Positions 19,531 through 30,937 of a DNA stretch of 64,000 nt are shown in pieces. A program made the translations under genes and the position numbers. Location: contig CAZEVO010000008.1 of assembly GCA_964515235.1 (NCBI GenBank), positions 1,542 to 65,541 on the forward strand, read 5' to 3'. Source of the DNA: an uncultured Methylococcaceae bacterium. GTDB taxonomy: Bacteria > Pseudomonadota > Gammaproteobacteria > Methylococcales > Methylomonadaceae. The notes under the pieces are model-generated. The model was not told the DNA's origin. It saw only the letters and a program-made list of their open reading frames with translations, and did not search any database. Positions within the stretch are counted from its first letter, which is position 1; each line of letters opens with the position of its first letter.

Positions 19531-20325
19531 ATGCATCCAATGTTAAACATTGCTACTCGAGCTGCTAGAAGTGCAGGCGATTTAATTCTGCGCTCTACAG
19601 ATAATATTGGTGCTTTAAAAGTACGCCAACAAAGCAAAAGTGAATTTGCTTCTGAAATTGACAAATCAGCAGAACGCGAAATTATCCGAATTATCAATGG
19701 TGCTTACCCAGATCACGGCATTATTGCTGAAGAAAGCGGACACCACCCTGGAAATGAATATATCTGGATTATTGACCCTCTTGATGGTACAACCAATTTT
19801 CTACACGGTTTTCCGCAGTACTCTATTTCCATCGCCTTAACCCATAAAGGAAAACTCACGCAAGGTGTCATTTTCGATCCGTTAAGAGATGAGCTGTTTT
19901 GTGCTAGCCGTGGTGCTGGCGCTTTACTAAATAACCGAAAAATTCGTGTTTCTCAACAAATGCACCTTCAAGGATCCCTATTAGGCACTGGATTTCCCTT
20001 TAAACACCGGCAGCATATTGATCCTTATTTAGAAATGTTTAAAGCGTTGCATATTGATTCGGCAGGGATCCGGCGTGCCGGATCCACAGCCCTAGACCTT
20101 GCCTACCTCGCTGCAGGTCGACTGGATGGGTTCTGGGAAATAGGCCTGCGTCCTTGGGACATGGCCGCAGGCGTTTTATTAATACAAGAGGCTGGCGGGG
20201 TGGTCACTGACTTCTCTTTCGATCATCACTTTATGACAAGCGGCAATATTATTGCCGGCAATCCAAAAATGCACCAAATTATTTACAATACGATCAACCC
20301 CCATATCACAGATGCTTTAAAGTAG
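19531..20325 (+). CDS. suhB: inositol monophosphatase family protein SuhB
   Basis: IMPase motifs 'WIIDPLDGTTNF' and 'WDMAAG'; 264 aa. Confidence 0.92.
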   Translation: MHPMLNIATRAARSAGDLILRSTDNIGALKVRQQSKSEFASEIDKSAEREIIRIINGAYPDHGIIAEESGHHPGNEYIWIIDPLDGTTNFLHGFPQYSISIALTHKGKLTQGVIFDPLRDELFCASRGAGALLNNRKIRVSQQMHLQGSLLGTGFPFKHRQHIDPYLEMFKALHIDSAGIRRAGSTALDLAYLAAGRLDGFWEIGLRPWDMAAGVLLIQEAGGVVTDFSFDHHFMTSGNIIAGNPKMHQIIYNTINPHITDALK

Positions 20326-20355
20326 ACCATTCAGTTTTTCTCAAATATAAAACAT

Positions 20356-20802
20356 CTAACTATTGGTTAACTCTGATACTGGTAACGCATACATCACTGC
20401 ATCCTCACGGCCATTTTCACTCGGGTAGTAGGCTTTCCTTTCCCCGATTTTCTTAAAGCCATATTTTTTATAAAGTGCAATTGCTGGCTTATTTGATTTC
20501 CTTACTTCTAAAAGTAAAGTATCAACAATCTTCTTTTCTCTAACCGTTTCAATGATTTTATCTAATAACCGAGCCCCCCAGCCACTTCCCTGCGCCTCGG
20601 GACTAACACAAAGATTCATAATATGCGCCTCATCGATACCAATTGCCAGAATTCCATAACCAAAAACGTTGTGCTCATCCTCACACACCCAACAAGAATA
20701 ACCAGGAACAATCATACAATCGACCAAAATCCCACGAGTCCATGGGTATTTATAAACTGTCTGCTCAAGGTTTAAAACAGCATCAATATCTGTTGTCTCC
20801 AT
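20356..20802 (-). CDS. rimI: ribosomal-protein-alanine N-acetyltransferase
   Basis: GNAT acetyl-CoA motif 'QGSGWGARLL'. The N-terminus 'METTDIDAV..LEQ....PW' is collinear with E. coli RimI, so I use the internal ATG at 20802. Confidence 0.85.
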   Translation of the reverse strand: METTDIDAVLNLEQTVYKYPWTRGILVDCMIVPGYSCWVCEDEHNVFGYGILAIGIDEAHIMNLCVSPEAQGSGWGARLLDKIIETVREKKIVDTLLLEVRKSNKPAIALYKKYGFKKIGERKAYYPSENGREDAVMYALPVSELTNS

Positions 20803-20921
20803 TTTACGAATACGCTTCAAACTTTCCGGGTCTACAGAACCTGGAAAATGTCTGGCATAAAAATCTCTATCCGCATCAGAAATAAAGAATCTCTTTACCT
20901 TTTCAATCAAAATATGGCCAA

Positions 20922-21629
20922 TCAATTTTCGCTGTTCTTCAAACAATGCAATACCACCTGTAAATCTAACCATGTTTTCCTTTTTTCTAAAGGCTCCCGC
21001 AACAAATGAGTTGGGTGCGAAATTGCAACCAGTGGAATTCGATTACGGTAGTGTATTTTCCCACTCAACTGGCTCAAAGGACTCTCAGTAGCCAATAAAG
21101 TTTTGGCAGCAATTTCACCTACCGCCAAAATTATTTTGGGTTGAATCAATTTTATTTGTTGCTCTAAGTAAACAAGGCATTCATTGACTTCAGACTGTAT
21201 CGGGTCTCGGTCCTCGGATAACTTACATTTTATAATATTTGTCAGATAAACCTCCTGACGTTCCCAACCCACTGCTCTGATTATTTCTGTTAACAACTCC
21301 CCCGACTGACCCACAAAAGGTCTGCCTAACTGATCTTCTGATTCATCCGGCGCACCGCCAATTATCATCAAATCCGCATGACAATTGCCTTCCCCAACCA
21401 GAGCCTGAGTCCGACTCTGACAAAATACACATCGTTTGCAGTTTGTAACTTGATAAGAAAGTTCTTGCCAACTTGGAGTGCCTAAATCATTGCAACGTTC
21501 TTCTTCTACTCGTTCTAAAAGAGTATTGTTATTTGGTAATTCTGATTTAATGTCTGCATAAGGGCCACGTGGGACCCAAACATCAATCCCCATAGCTGCT
21601 AAAAATTTTAGCCGCATCCTCTGCTTCAC
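20922..21629 (-). CDS. uracil-DNA glycosylase, family 4
   Basis: 'GEGN..ADLMIIGGAPDESED...GRPFVGQSGELL' and Cys residues for the 4Fe-4S cluster. Confidence 0.85.
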   Translation of the reverse strand: MKQRMRLKFLAAMGIDVWVPRGPYADIKSELPNNNTLLERVEEERCNDLGTPSWQELSYQVTNCKRCVFCQSRTQALVGEGNCHADLMIIGGAPDESEDQLGRPFVGQSGELLTEIIRAVGWERQEVYLTNIIKCKLSEDRDPIQSEVNECLVYLEQQIKLIQPKIILAVGEIAAKTLLATESPLSQLSGKIHYRNRIPLVAISHPTHLLREPLEKRKTWLDLQVVLHCLKNSEN

Positions 21630-21644
21630 ATTACCTCCTACCGT

Positions 21645-23186
21645 TTAAACAGCTCCTTTTTGTGGATGCGATCGAATATCGGAAGATTTAATCTTATTAA
21701 TTGCATTTATATAAGCTTTTGTAGAAGCAATCACAATATCTGTATCCGAGCCTAAACCATTAACAATCTTACCATCTTGTTCCAAACGAACCGTAACTTC
21801 GCCTTGCGCATCCGTACCGTCAGTTATATTGTTTACCGAATAAAGTCTAAGGGCTGCATGATTATCAACTAACTTATCAACAGCCCTAAGACTGGCATCT
21901 ACGGCACCACTACCTTCTGCATCTGCTGAAACTTCACGATTCTTTATACTTAATGTTACATAAGCCACAGGCACCTCACCTGTCTCAGAACAGACCTTTA
22001 GACCTATAAACTTAATTTCATCTTCTGAAACAATACTGGCTTCAGAAATTAATGCCTGAAGATCTTCATCAAAAATATCATGCTTCTTATCCGCTAGTTG
22101 TTTGAATCGAAAAAAAACATCATTCAACTCTTCTTCGCCAGAAAAATCAATTCCAAGCTCACTCATTCGTGTTTTAAATGCATTACGTCCAGAATGCTTT
22201 CCTAAAACCATACGATTTTCTGACCAGCCAACATCTTCAGCACACATGATTTCGTAGGTTTCTCTATTCTTTAAAACACCGTCTTGATGAATACCAGCCT
22301 CATGAGCAAAAGCATTTGCTCCGACAATAGCCTTATTGGGTTGTACTGGGAATCCTGTAATACTGGAGACTAGTTTAGAACAGGTTAAAATTTCCCGTGT
22401 ATCCAATGTGGTTTCGCATGAGAATACATCCTGCCGTGTCCGTACCGCCATCACCACTTCTTCAAGTGAGGTATTGCCGGCTCTCTCTCCCAAACCATTA
22501 ATCGTACATTCAATTTGTCTGGCACCATTAATGACCGCAGACAATGAATTAGCAACAGCTAAACCCAAATCATTATGGCAATGTACTGAAAATATCGCTT
22601 TTTCTGAATTAGGAATTCGTTCAATTAAATTCTTGATCGTTGCACCAAACTGCCCGGGCACACTATAGCCCACCGTGTCTGGAATATTTAGCGTTGTCGC
22701 TCCTGCATCAATCACTGCTTCAAGAATACGACACAGAAAGTCTTCTTCCGAACGACCAGCATCCTCAGGTGAGAATTCAACATTATCAGTATACCGGCGC
22801 GCGCGCTTAACTGCTCTTACCGCATGCTCAATCACATCCTCCGGCTGCATTTTCAACTTCACCTTCATATGAATCGGTGAAGTTGCGATAAAAGTGTGAA
22901 TTCTTGAGCTATTTGCATACCGGAGTGCCTCACCGGCACGATCAATATCTCTATCCAGAGCACGTGACAAGCCACAAACAGTACTGTCCTTAATCACTTC
23001 TGCTACTGCTTTTACAGCTTCAAAATCGCCAATACTTGCCGCAGGAAAACCAGCCTCCATTACATCAACTTTCAAACGTTCCAAAGCCTTAGCTATCCGA
23101 ACCTTTTCGTCTTTGTTCATTGATGCGCCTGGACTTTGTTCGCCATCACGCATTGTGGTATCAAAAATTATTAACTTATCTTTCAT
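21645..23186 (-). CDS. leuA: 2-isopropylmalate synthase
   Basis: '[12 protein letters not shown]', '[12 protein letters not shown]' and a C-terminal LeuA dimerisation/regulatory domain. Start at ATG 23186, with GGAG 7 nt upstream. Confidence 0.95.
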   Translation of the reverse strand: MKDKLIIFDTTMRDGEQSPGASMNKDEKVRIAKALERLKVDVMEAGFPAASIGDFEAVKAVAEVIKDSTVCGLSRALDRDIDRAGEALRYANSSRIHTFIATSPIHMKVKLKMQPEDVIEHAVRAVKRARRYTDNVEFSPEDAGRSEEDFLCRILEAVIDAGATTLNIPDTVGYSVPGQFGATIKNLIERIPNSEKAIFSVHCHNDLGLAVANSLSAVINGARQIECTINGLGERAGNTSLEEVVMAVRTRQDVFSCETTLDTREILTCSKLVSSITGFPVQPNKAIVGANAFAHEAGIHQDGVLKNRETYEIMCAEDVGWSENRMVLGKHSGRNAFKTRMSELGIDFSGEEELNDVFFRFKQLADKKHDIFDEDLQALISEASIVSEDEIKFIGLKVCSETGEVPVAYVTLSIKNREVSADAEGSGAVDASLRAVDKLVDNHAALRLYSVNNITDGTDAQGEVTVRLEQDGKIVNGLGSDTDIVIASTKAYINAINKIKSSDIRSHPQKGAV

Positions 23187-23298
23187 GAGAACTCCATTCA
23201 TGAAGAAACTTCAGTATTAGACTGGAAAAAATGACCTGTGTTTCGAGGTGATTTCTTATGACTTATGCAATACCCAGTACAGTTAATCGCATCAATAA

Positions 23299-24042
23299 CT
23301 AGCTCTTCTTTGCGACCCGCCTTTGCCGTGCTAAAAGCGCTACCACAGGACCTGAAACGGCATAACTCATCGCCATTAAAAATAACATGATTGCAGGTTC
23401 TGCAAAAATAATCCCGACTACCAACATCACACCAATTGTCACTACAAAGCTAACACGGCTTTTAACATCTATATCTTTAAAACTGTAATAAGGAAAATTA
23501 CTAACCATTAGCAATCCGGTCATTATCGCTAGAAGTAGCGCAAAATATCTGAATGCACCCTCATCAAAACCAAAATTATATGCTTCGCTAATCCAGATAT
23601 AACCCGCTATTATTGCAGCAGCAGGCGGGCTTGGAAGCCCTTGAAAATATCGCTTATCCGCAACTTCTAACTGCGTATTAAAACGCGCTAACCGCAAAGC
23701 ACCGCCAGCGGCATGAACAAAAGCAGCAAACAAGCCGACTTGCCCAAGCTCGGAAAATGCCCATAAATAAATAATCAACGCAGGAGCAATAGCAAAAGAA
23801 GTCACATCTGCCATACTATCGTACTGCGCACCGAATTCACTTTGCGTATTAGTAATACGCGCAACACGCCCATCCATACCATCTAATATCTGCGCCACAA
23901 AAATCGCTGCTGCAGCTACCGCAAATTCGCCATGAATTGCTGAGACAATAGCATAAAACCCAGAAAATATTGCCGCTGTCGTTAATAAATTCGGTAGCAA
24001 ATAAATGCCACGCTGACGAATAGTAGGTTTTTTTGGTTTCAT
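23299..24042 (-). CDS. pssA: CDP-diacylglycerol--serine O-phosphatidyltransferase (CDP-alcohol transferase type)
   Basis: Motif 'DGMDGRVAR...G.QYDSMAD' (D-x2-DG-x2-AR...G-x3-D-x3-D) in a polytopic membrane protein. Confidence 0.9.
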   Translation of the reverse strand: MKPKKPTIRQRGIYLLPNLLTTAAIFSGFYAIVSAIHGEFAVAAAAIFVAQILDGMDGRVARITNTQSEFGAQYDSMADVTSFAIAPALIIYLWAFSELGQVGLFAAFVHAAGGALRLARFNTQLEVADKRYFQGLPSPPAAAIIAGYIWISEAYNFGFDEGAFRYFALLLAIMTGLLMVSNFPYYSFKDIDVKSRVSFVVTIGVMLVVGIIFAEPAIMLFLMAMSYAVSGPVVALLARQRRVAKKS

Positions 24043-24088
24043 ATTTTTTTTCTATATCAGAAAAACATTCTTAGTAAGAGGTCTAATC

Positions 24089-24119
24089 ATAGCAGGCAAT
24101 TTATCACATTGCCTGCTAT
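24089..24119 (-). terminator. perfect 12-bp stem-loop downstream of pfp
   Basis: The arms atagcaggcaat and attgcctgctat flank a 7-nt loop, 18 nt after the pfp stop. No U-tract follows, so function as an intrinsic terminator is uncertain. Confidence 0.4.
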
Positions 24120-24136
24120 CTTTAGGCGCTCATAAA

Positions 24137-25366
24137 TTAGTGCTGTACTTCTAACCGCGCACCTTTAGTCTGCCCCAGTTCGTCTAACATTTCATTGAAC
24201 CAGTCCAAGTCTAAATCAAACGGTTTCCCGCCTTTAATACGAGGAAACTCAATGGCTCGCAAGACATTATCCTGATCTTCATCATGCCCCATAACACCTG
24301 ATTCGCCACGTAAGGCACATTCAACAGCTAAATCTGCACACGATTTAATTAAACGAATATCCTCAGCGTTTGAAGCAGAAGCACGACCAAAATAACCTGA
24401 CTTCTGAATCAGTGTTTTTTCTGCACCAATCATTTTAGAAAATTGTTCACCAAACCACTTTCCTGGATTAACCGCATCTAACTTAATATGACCGAATGCA
24501 TCCCGAGGAACTTCTTCACCATTAGCCTGCATCTCTGCAACTATAGCCTCAACCCCTGCCCCTTCAGAAATAAAGATGTTAACACAATCCACATCATCCA
24601 TAATGGCACGTAAACGCCTAGCTTCTTCTGCAAAATCTATTTCCATTTCTGGAATATAAACACCATGCACATCATAACTATCACGATTTAGCCCTAAACT
24701 CGGCAACCATTGACGCTGCCCTATCAATTTCCGATATTCAAGTGCTGTTGCCGCTGTTAACCAGCCACAATTTCGACCCATAACCTCATGAACAATCAAC
24801 ATTCTAGGGTTCGAGTTATTTTCTGCTACCACATTCTGAAAATAACGCGCTCCTTGTTCTGCAGCGGTCCAAGCACCGAGTGATTGCTTAATAGGGAAAA
24901 CATCATTATCAACCGTTTTCGGCAAGCCTATAACCGTTAAACCGTAATCATTTTCCGCTAAGAATGCAGCTAAATCTGCCGCAGCCGTATTAGTATCATC
25001 GCCACCAATTGTGTGTAACACATCTACTCCATCCTTAATGAGTTGATCTGCCGCTACTTTCTGAGGGTCTTGCCCCTCTTCAACTAACCCTCGCGCCACA
25101 CAGTCTTTAATATTAGTTAATTTGACTCGACTATTACCAATTGGTGAACCTCCAAAATCATGCAATAGCCCTGCATTTTCTCTGACCTCATCTGTCACCG
25201 TATAATAATCACCCAACAATAAGCCTTTATAACCACTGCGATAACAAATAATTTCAATGGAAGGGTCAATTTCACTGTAACGTTCAATTAAACTCCCAAT
25301 AGCAGAACTAAGGCAAGGCGCAAGACCACCTGCGGTTAGAATCGCAATCTTTTTTGGTTTACTCAT
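24137..25366 (-). CDS. pfp: pyrophosphate-dependent 6-phosphofructokinase
   Basis: PFK fold with 'GGDDTNT' (Asp in place of the Gly of ATP-PFK 'GGDGS') and 'PKTVDND'. At 409 aa the size is typical of the short PPi-PFK clade. Confidence 0.85.
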   Translation of the reverse strand: MSKPKKIAILTAGGLAPCLSSAIGSLIERYSEIDPSIEIICYRSGYKGLLLGDYYTVTDEVRENAGLLHDFGGSPIGNSRVKLTNIKDCVARGLVEEGQDPQKVAADQLIKDGVDVLHTIGGDDTNTAAADLAAFLAENDYGLTVIGLPKTVDNDVFPIKQSLGAWTAAEQGARYFQNVVAENNSNPRMLIVHEVMGRNCGWLTAATALEYRKLIGQRQWLPSLGLNRDSYDVHGVYIPEMEIDFAEEARRLRAIMDDVDCVNIFISEGAGVEAIVAEMQANGEEVPRDAFGHIKLDAVNPGKWFGEQFSKMIGAEKTLIQKSGYFGRASASNAEDIRLIKSCADLAVECALRGESGVMGHDEDQDNVLRAIEFPRIKGGKPFDLDLDWFNEMLDELGQTKGARLEVQH

Positions 25367-25464
25367 ATCTTTTCAATCTTTTAATTAAATTTAAAACGCT
25401 TTCTAAATAATGTCAGAAGTAAGTCTTATACCAACATAATAAGGACTTACATTTTCAATTGTCT

Positions 25465-26499
<1,035 letters not shown>

Positions 26500-26575
26500 T
26501 TAAATTAACGTTAATCATAAGTAACTATCAAGACCACAAAAGCACTCAATAGTCTGTTGTTTATTTCTTTTACTG

Positions 26576-27067
26576 TCACAATATCAGGCTACCGGCTCCT
26601 CTTGGTAAGCCAGTTGCACCCGTCCGAACAATCTCGATAATATTATGCTGACTAATAGCTGCAACAAAAGCATCCAATTTCTCTGATGCTCCGGTCATCT
26701 CAATCATATAACTATTTGCAGTAACATCAATCACCTTCCCACGAAAAATATCCGCCATTCGCTTAATTTCTGCCCGACTACTCTGCTCAGTCTGAACCTT
26801 AATCAGCATCAACTCCCGCTCAACATGAACGACGTCGGCTAAATCAGTCAATTTAACAACATCAATTAATTTATTGAGTTGTTTTATGATTTGCTCAATA
26901 ACCTCGTCACTACCCCGGGTAACTAGCGTCATTCGTGATAAAGTCAAATCATCAGTCGGCGCAACAGTCAGCGACTCTATATTGTATCCTCGCGCAGAAA
27001 ACAAACCCGAAACCCGCGATAACGCACCGGCTTCATTCTCAATCAAAATTGAAATTATATGTCGCAT
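26576..27067 (-). CDS. ilvH: acetolactate synthase small (regulatory) subunit
   Basis: 163-aa ACT-domain protein 'ILIENEAGALSRV.GLFSARGYNIESL'. Its ATG overlaps the ilvI stop (TAATG). Confidence 0.92.
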   Translation of the reverse strand: MRHIISILIENEAGALSRVSGLFSARGYNIESLTVAPTDDLTLSRMTLVTRGSDEVIEQIIKQLNKLIDVVKLTDLADVVHVERELMLIKVQTEQSSRAEIKRMADIFRGKVIDVTANSYMIEMTGASEKLDAFVAAISQHNIIEIVRTGATGLPRGAGSLIL

Positions 27068-28809
27068 TACGCCAACTCCCTATCGATAGGTGTTCCCGGC
27101 GCAACTCTTAAGCGCATATCATGATGCCCTTTACCAGCTTCAATCATCGGATAAACATTTTCTGTCTGATCTGTAATGATATCCAAAAATACGGTTCTAT
27201 CTTTCATCGCAAACGCTTCTTCCAATGCCGAGGTCAGATCCTCTGGCTTATCAACCCGTATACCAACATGCCCATAAGACTCCGCTAATTTAACAAAATC
27301 GGGCAGCGCTTCAAGATAAGAATGAGAATAACGACTTTGATAAGAAAACTCTTGCCATTGACGAACCATGCCCATATAACGATTATTCAAATTAATAATT
27401 TTGACCGGTGTTTTATATTGCTGGGCTGTCGAAAGCTCTTGAATACACATTTGGATACTTGCTTCACCTGTGATACAGGCAACATCAGCATCTGGATGCG
27501 CCAGCTTTACTCCAATAGCTGCTGGTAAACCAAACCCCATGGTTCCTAAACCACCCGAATTAATCCACCGCCTGGGTAGGTCAAATTGATAAAACTGAGC
27601 TGCATACATTTGATGCTGCCCCACATCAGAGGTAATAAAAGCATTACCCGATGTAACCTTATACAATTGCTCAACCGCGTACTGCGGCTTAATCAAAGTG
27701 CTTTCTCGGTCATATCCCAAACAATCAACTGACTGCCACTCTTTAATCTGGTCCCACCACGCAGCCAACACCTCGGCTTCGATTCTTTTTGGGTTCAAAT
27801 TAATTTCAGCTAACAGTTGCTTTAAAACGATACCGACTTCACCGACAATCGGGACATCAACCTTCACTGTTTTGGCTATAGATGCCGGATCAATGTCAAT
27901 ATGAATAATTTTGGCATAAGGGCAGAATTCCGTTAATTTACCTGTAACCCGATCATCAAAACGCGCACCAATAGCAATAATGACATCACTTTCATGCATT
28001 CCCATATTGGCTTCGTATGTACCGTGCATACCCAACATGCCGATAAATTGGGAATCGGTTGCAGGAAAAGCCCCTAACCCCATCAATGTACTTGTTACCG
28101 GATAACCCAGCAGGCGTGAAAAATCCCGCAACTCGTCACTTGCCTCTCCTAAAACAACACCGCCGCCGCTATAAATCATCGGGCGTTTCGCTGATAATAA
28201 TAAATCAACCGCTTTCTGAATTTGTACTGGATCGCCTTCTCGCGGTGGATTATACGACCGCATCATCACCGACTCCGGATATGTATAAGGAACCTTAACA
28301 TTTGGATCAGTAATATCTTTGGGAATATCGACTACAACCGGCCCGGGACGCCCCGTCGTTGCGACATGAAACGCTTTTTTCATGGTCTCAGCAATATCAG
28401 CGACACTATTGATCAAAAAATTATGCTTAACGCAAGGCCGTGTAATTCCGACCATATCAACTTCTTGAAAAGCATCGCTACCAATGACCGCCGATGGAAC
28501 TTGTCCAGAAATGACCACCATAGGGATTGAGTCCATATAAGCTGTCGCTATGCCAGTCACAGCATTTGTCGCCCCAGGACCTGATGTCACCAAAACTACG
28601 CCTGGCTTACCAGTAGATCGCGCATAAGCATCTGCAGCATGCGTCGCAGCCTGTTCATGACGCACTAGAATGTGCTGCACATCATCTTGCTGAAAAATTG
28701 CATCATACAAATGCAATACCGCACCACCTGGGTACCCAAAAATTAAATCTACACCTTCGTCTTTTAAACACTGGACAACAATCTGCCCGCCACTCAGTTC
28801 CACACTCAT
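27067..28809 (-). CDS. ilvI: acetolactate synthase large subunit
   Basis: ThDP enzyme with 'GGLGTMGFGLPAAIG...N' ThDP-binding motif; 580 aa. Confidence 0.95.
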   Translation of the reverse strand: MSVELSGGQIVVQCLKDEGVDLIFGYPGGAVLHLYDAIFQQDDVQHILVRHEQAATHAADAYARSTGKPGVVLVTSGPGATNAVTGIATAYMDSIPMVVISGQVPSAVIGSDAFQEVDMVGITRPCVKHNFLINSVADIAETMKKAFHVATTGRPGPVVVDIPKDITDPNVKVPYTYPESVMMRSYNPPREGDPVQIQKAVDLLLSAKRPMIYSGGGVVLGEASDELRDFSRLLGYPVTSTLMGLGAFPATDSQFIGMLGMHGTYEANMGMHESDVIIAIGARFDDRVTGKLTEFCPYAKIIHIDIDPASIAKTVKVDVPIVGEVGIVLKQLLAEINLNPKRIEAEVLAAWWDQIKEWQSVDCLGYDRESTLIKPQYAVEQLYKVTSGNAFITSDVGQHQMYAAQFYQFDLPRRWINSGGLGTMGFGLPAAIGVKLAHPDADVACITGEASIQMCIQELSTAQQYKTPVKIINLNNRYMGMVRQWQEFSYQSRYSHSYLEALPDFVKLAESYGHVGIRVDKPEDLTSALEEAFAMKDRTVFLDIITDQTENVYPMIEAGKGHHDMRLRVAPGTPIDRELA

Positions 28810-29100
28810 ATCCTCAAAAACTGTATTTAATCACCCTCATCATTGTTTCTAACGCACAGATACCTCGCGTACAAAACACATGCAAGAATATAAAAAACCA
28901 CATCAATTTTATTACTGTAACCCTTTATGATACTTGTTCCTTGTAAAATTGTCATTTGTAGACACAAAAAAACTTTATTTTCTAGCCTAACAACATCATT
29001 TTCTTTCCAAGAAAGATCAAAATGATACTATTCCCTCTCGTTCATTTATTCACTTATACCACCAAAAAAGACAATTTAATCGCTGAATTAATAACTTGCT

Positions 29101-29982
29101 ATGACCATCTTCAGTCAAAAAACTAACGAGTCAGCAGCCGATCGACTCCGTTGCCTTCTCAAGAAACCGGAATTACTGACAATACCCGGATGTCACGACG
29201 GCATTTCCGCAAAGCTTTGCGAGCAAGCGGGTTTTAGCAGTGCTTTTATGAGCGGATTTGCAGTATCTGCTAGCCGCCTAGGATTACCTGACGCTGGCCT
29301 GATCTCATATGGAGAAATGCTCAATCAAGGACAAAATATCTGTAACGCTGTTTCGATACCTATCTGGGGTGACGGCGATACCGGCTTTGGCAATGCCATT
29401 AATATCAAACGAACCGTTCAAGGCTATGCTAAAGCGGGGTTTGCCTGCATCATGCTTGAGGACCAGGTCGCTCCCAAGCGCTGCGGCCATACCCAAGGGA
29501 AATCTGTAGTCAGCCGCGAAGAGGCAGCAATGCGAATTCAAGCCGCAGTCGATGCACGAAATGAAGGGGCAGACATCCTCATTATGGCAAGAACAGATGC
29601 CAGAGCAACTCATGGATTAAATGAAGCCATCGCACGGACACAGCTTTTCCATGAAATTGGTGCTGACATTAATTTTCTAGAAGCCCCTGAAAGCTTTCAG
29701 GAAATGCAACAATATTGCCAATCCACTCCAGGCTATAAATTAGCCAATCTGATTGAACATGGCAAAACTCCACTCCTAAGCCACGACAAACTACACCAAC
29801 TAGGCTATAAGATTGCCGTTTACCCACTTACTTTACTCAACAGTTCCATTCAATCCATGCAACACGCCTTAACCGCACTCAAGAATGGTCACCCACCCAC
29901 CGGACTCAACTTCAACGACCTGACAAAAACAGTCGGTTTTAACGATTATTATCAGGAAGAAAAGACCTATAAAACCGATTAA
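29101..29982 (+). CDS. isocitrate lyase/PEP mutase superfamily enzyme (oxaloacetate decarboxylase or methylisocitrate lyase-like)
   Basis: 'GDGDTGFG' and 'EDQ..PKRCGH' superfamily motifs; 293 aa. The substrate cannot be assigned from sequence alone. Confidence 0.8.
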   Translation: MTIFSQKTNESAADRLRCLLKKPELLTIPGCHDGISAKLCEQAGFSSAFMSGFAVSASRLGLPDAGLISYGEMLNQGQNICNAVSIPIWGDGDTGFGNAINIKRTVQGYAKAGFACIMLEDQVAPKRCGHTQGKSVVSREEAAMRIQAAVDARNEGADILIMARTDARATHGLNEAIARTQLFHEIGADINFLEAPESFQEMQQYCQSTPGYKLANLIEHGKTPLLSHDKLHQLGYKIAVYPLTLLNSSIQSMQHALTALKNGHPPTGLNFNDLTKTVGFNDYYQEEKTYKTD

Positions 29983-29986
29983 TTCA

Positions 29987-30802
29987 CTACATCTCCAAAT
30001 TAACTTCATACCCTGAAAATTTGCGGATATTGATAACCCCTGTATCTAAAATCAAATATTGCCCCTTAATCCCTTGCAGCACACCAGAAACCTCCACTTG
30101 CTTGTCAAAATTAAATGACTTTACTTTTTCAGGATATACCGATACTGGAAAATGAATATCCACAACACTCCCAGCACCAAGGTATTCAATAGCATCTTGA
30201 CTAAAGCCCTTCGCTACCCCATCCAATTCTTCCTGACATTCTGCAACGAGTCGATCACGAACAACGACCAAGTCTTCGTCACCTACCTGATTTTTCAACA
30301 TCCGCTGCCAGTTTGTTTTGTCTTTAATACGCCTGGCCAAAACGACTTCAATAAGACCCGACAAATACCGTGATTTTACTTTAAAAACAGGTAACGCCTG
30401 AACGGCGCCCTGATCAATCCAACGAATAGGAATTTGTGAATTTCGCGTAATCCCTACTTTGACGCCAGATGTTTTTGCTAAATACACAAAATGGGGCTGC
30501 ATACAAAATGCTTCTCCCCAATCAGGATCTCGACAAGTTCCTTGATCAAAATGACATTGCTCAGGCTTCATAATGCACATATCACACTGAGCTAACGAAA
30601 TAAAACAAGGATAACAATGCCCCTGGCTATAGCTTTTCTTAGTCTGCCGACCACAATGTACACAAAAAATATTACCGGTATGACGCATAACAATGGACCG
30701 CCCAATCAAAGTATTTAAATGAACCCCTTCATCGCCCAACTGCAATTGATAATCAACAATGCTACCCAACTCAACAGTCATCTTTTTTAATTGTCCAAAC
30801 AT
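29987..30802 (-). CDS. DUF2797-family zinc-ribbon protein
   Basis: 271 aa with a Cys cluster 'CVHCGR...CYPC...CDMC...C....C'. The architecture matches my recollection of DUF2797. Function is unknown. Confidence 0.6.
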   Translation of the reverse strand: MFGQLKKMTVELGSIVDYQLQLGDEGVHLNTLIGRSIVMRHTGNIFCVHCGRQTKKSYSQGHCYPCFISLAQCDMCIMKPEQCHFDQGTCRDPDWGEAFCMQPHFVYLAKTSGVKVGITRNSQIPIRWIDQGAVQALPVFKVKSRYLSGLIEVVLARRIKDKTNWQRMLKNQVGDEDLVVVRDRLVAECQEELDGVAKGFSQDAIEYLGAGSVVDIHFPVSVYPEKVKSFNFDKQVEVSGVLQGIKGQYLILDTGVINIRKFSGYEVNLEM

Positions 30803-30937
30803 ATCGCCTCTTAATAACTCAAAATAAACTCCAGTTTAACACCGGATAAAGACTAACAATGCCAGTCAAAACAAGCTATCCTTTAACGCCTTACCAAACA
30901 GTGTTTTTTAAGTTTAATTAATAACTCAGGAATAAGC

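Noticed and set aside
20803-20973. A longer 205-aa version of rimI starting at 20973.
   Set aside because: It would overlap the UDG gene by 52 nt, and the extension has no counterpart in RimI. The internal Met aligns with the E. coli N-terminus.
23187-23298. A possible leu leader or attenuator upstream of leuA (small ORF MRLTVLGIA, T-run 'catttttt').
   Set aside because: The ORF has only two Leu codons and the adjacent stem is 4 bp. That is insufficient for an attenuator call.
25416-25452. A stem-loop downstream of ilvC (gtaagtc…gacttac).
   Set aside because: It has only 7-9 bp with a 14-nt loop and no U-tract. It is mentioned in the pfp finding but is too weak to list as a terminator.
28810-29100. 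A possible leader-peptide attenuator upstream of ilvIH. Small minus-strand ORFs in the spacer include MMRVIKYSF and MCFVREVSVR.
   Set aside because: The peptides are not enriched for consecutive Val, Leu or Ile codons. I could not find alternative terminator and antiterminator hairpins with a U-tract.
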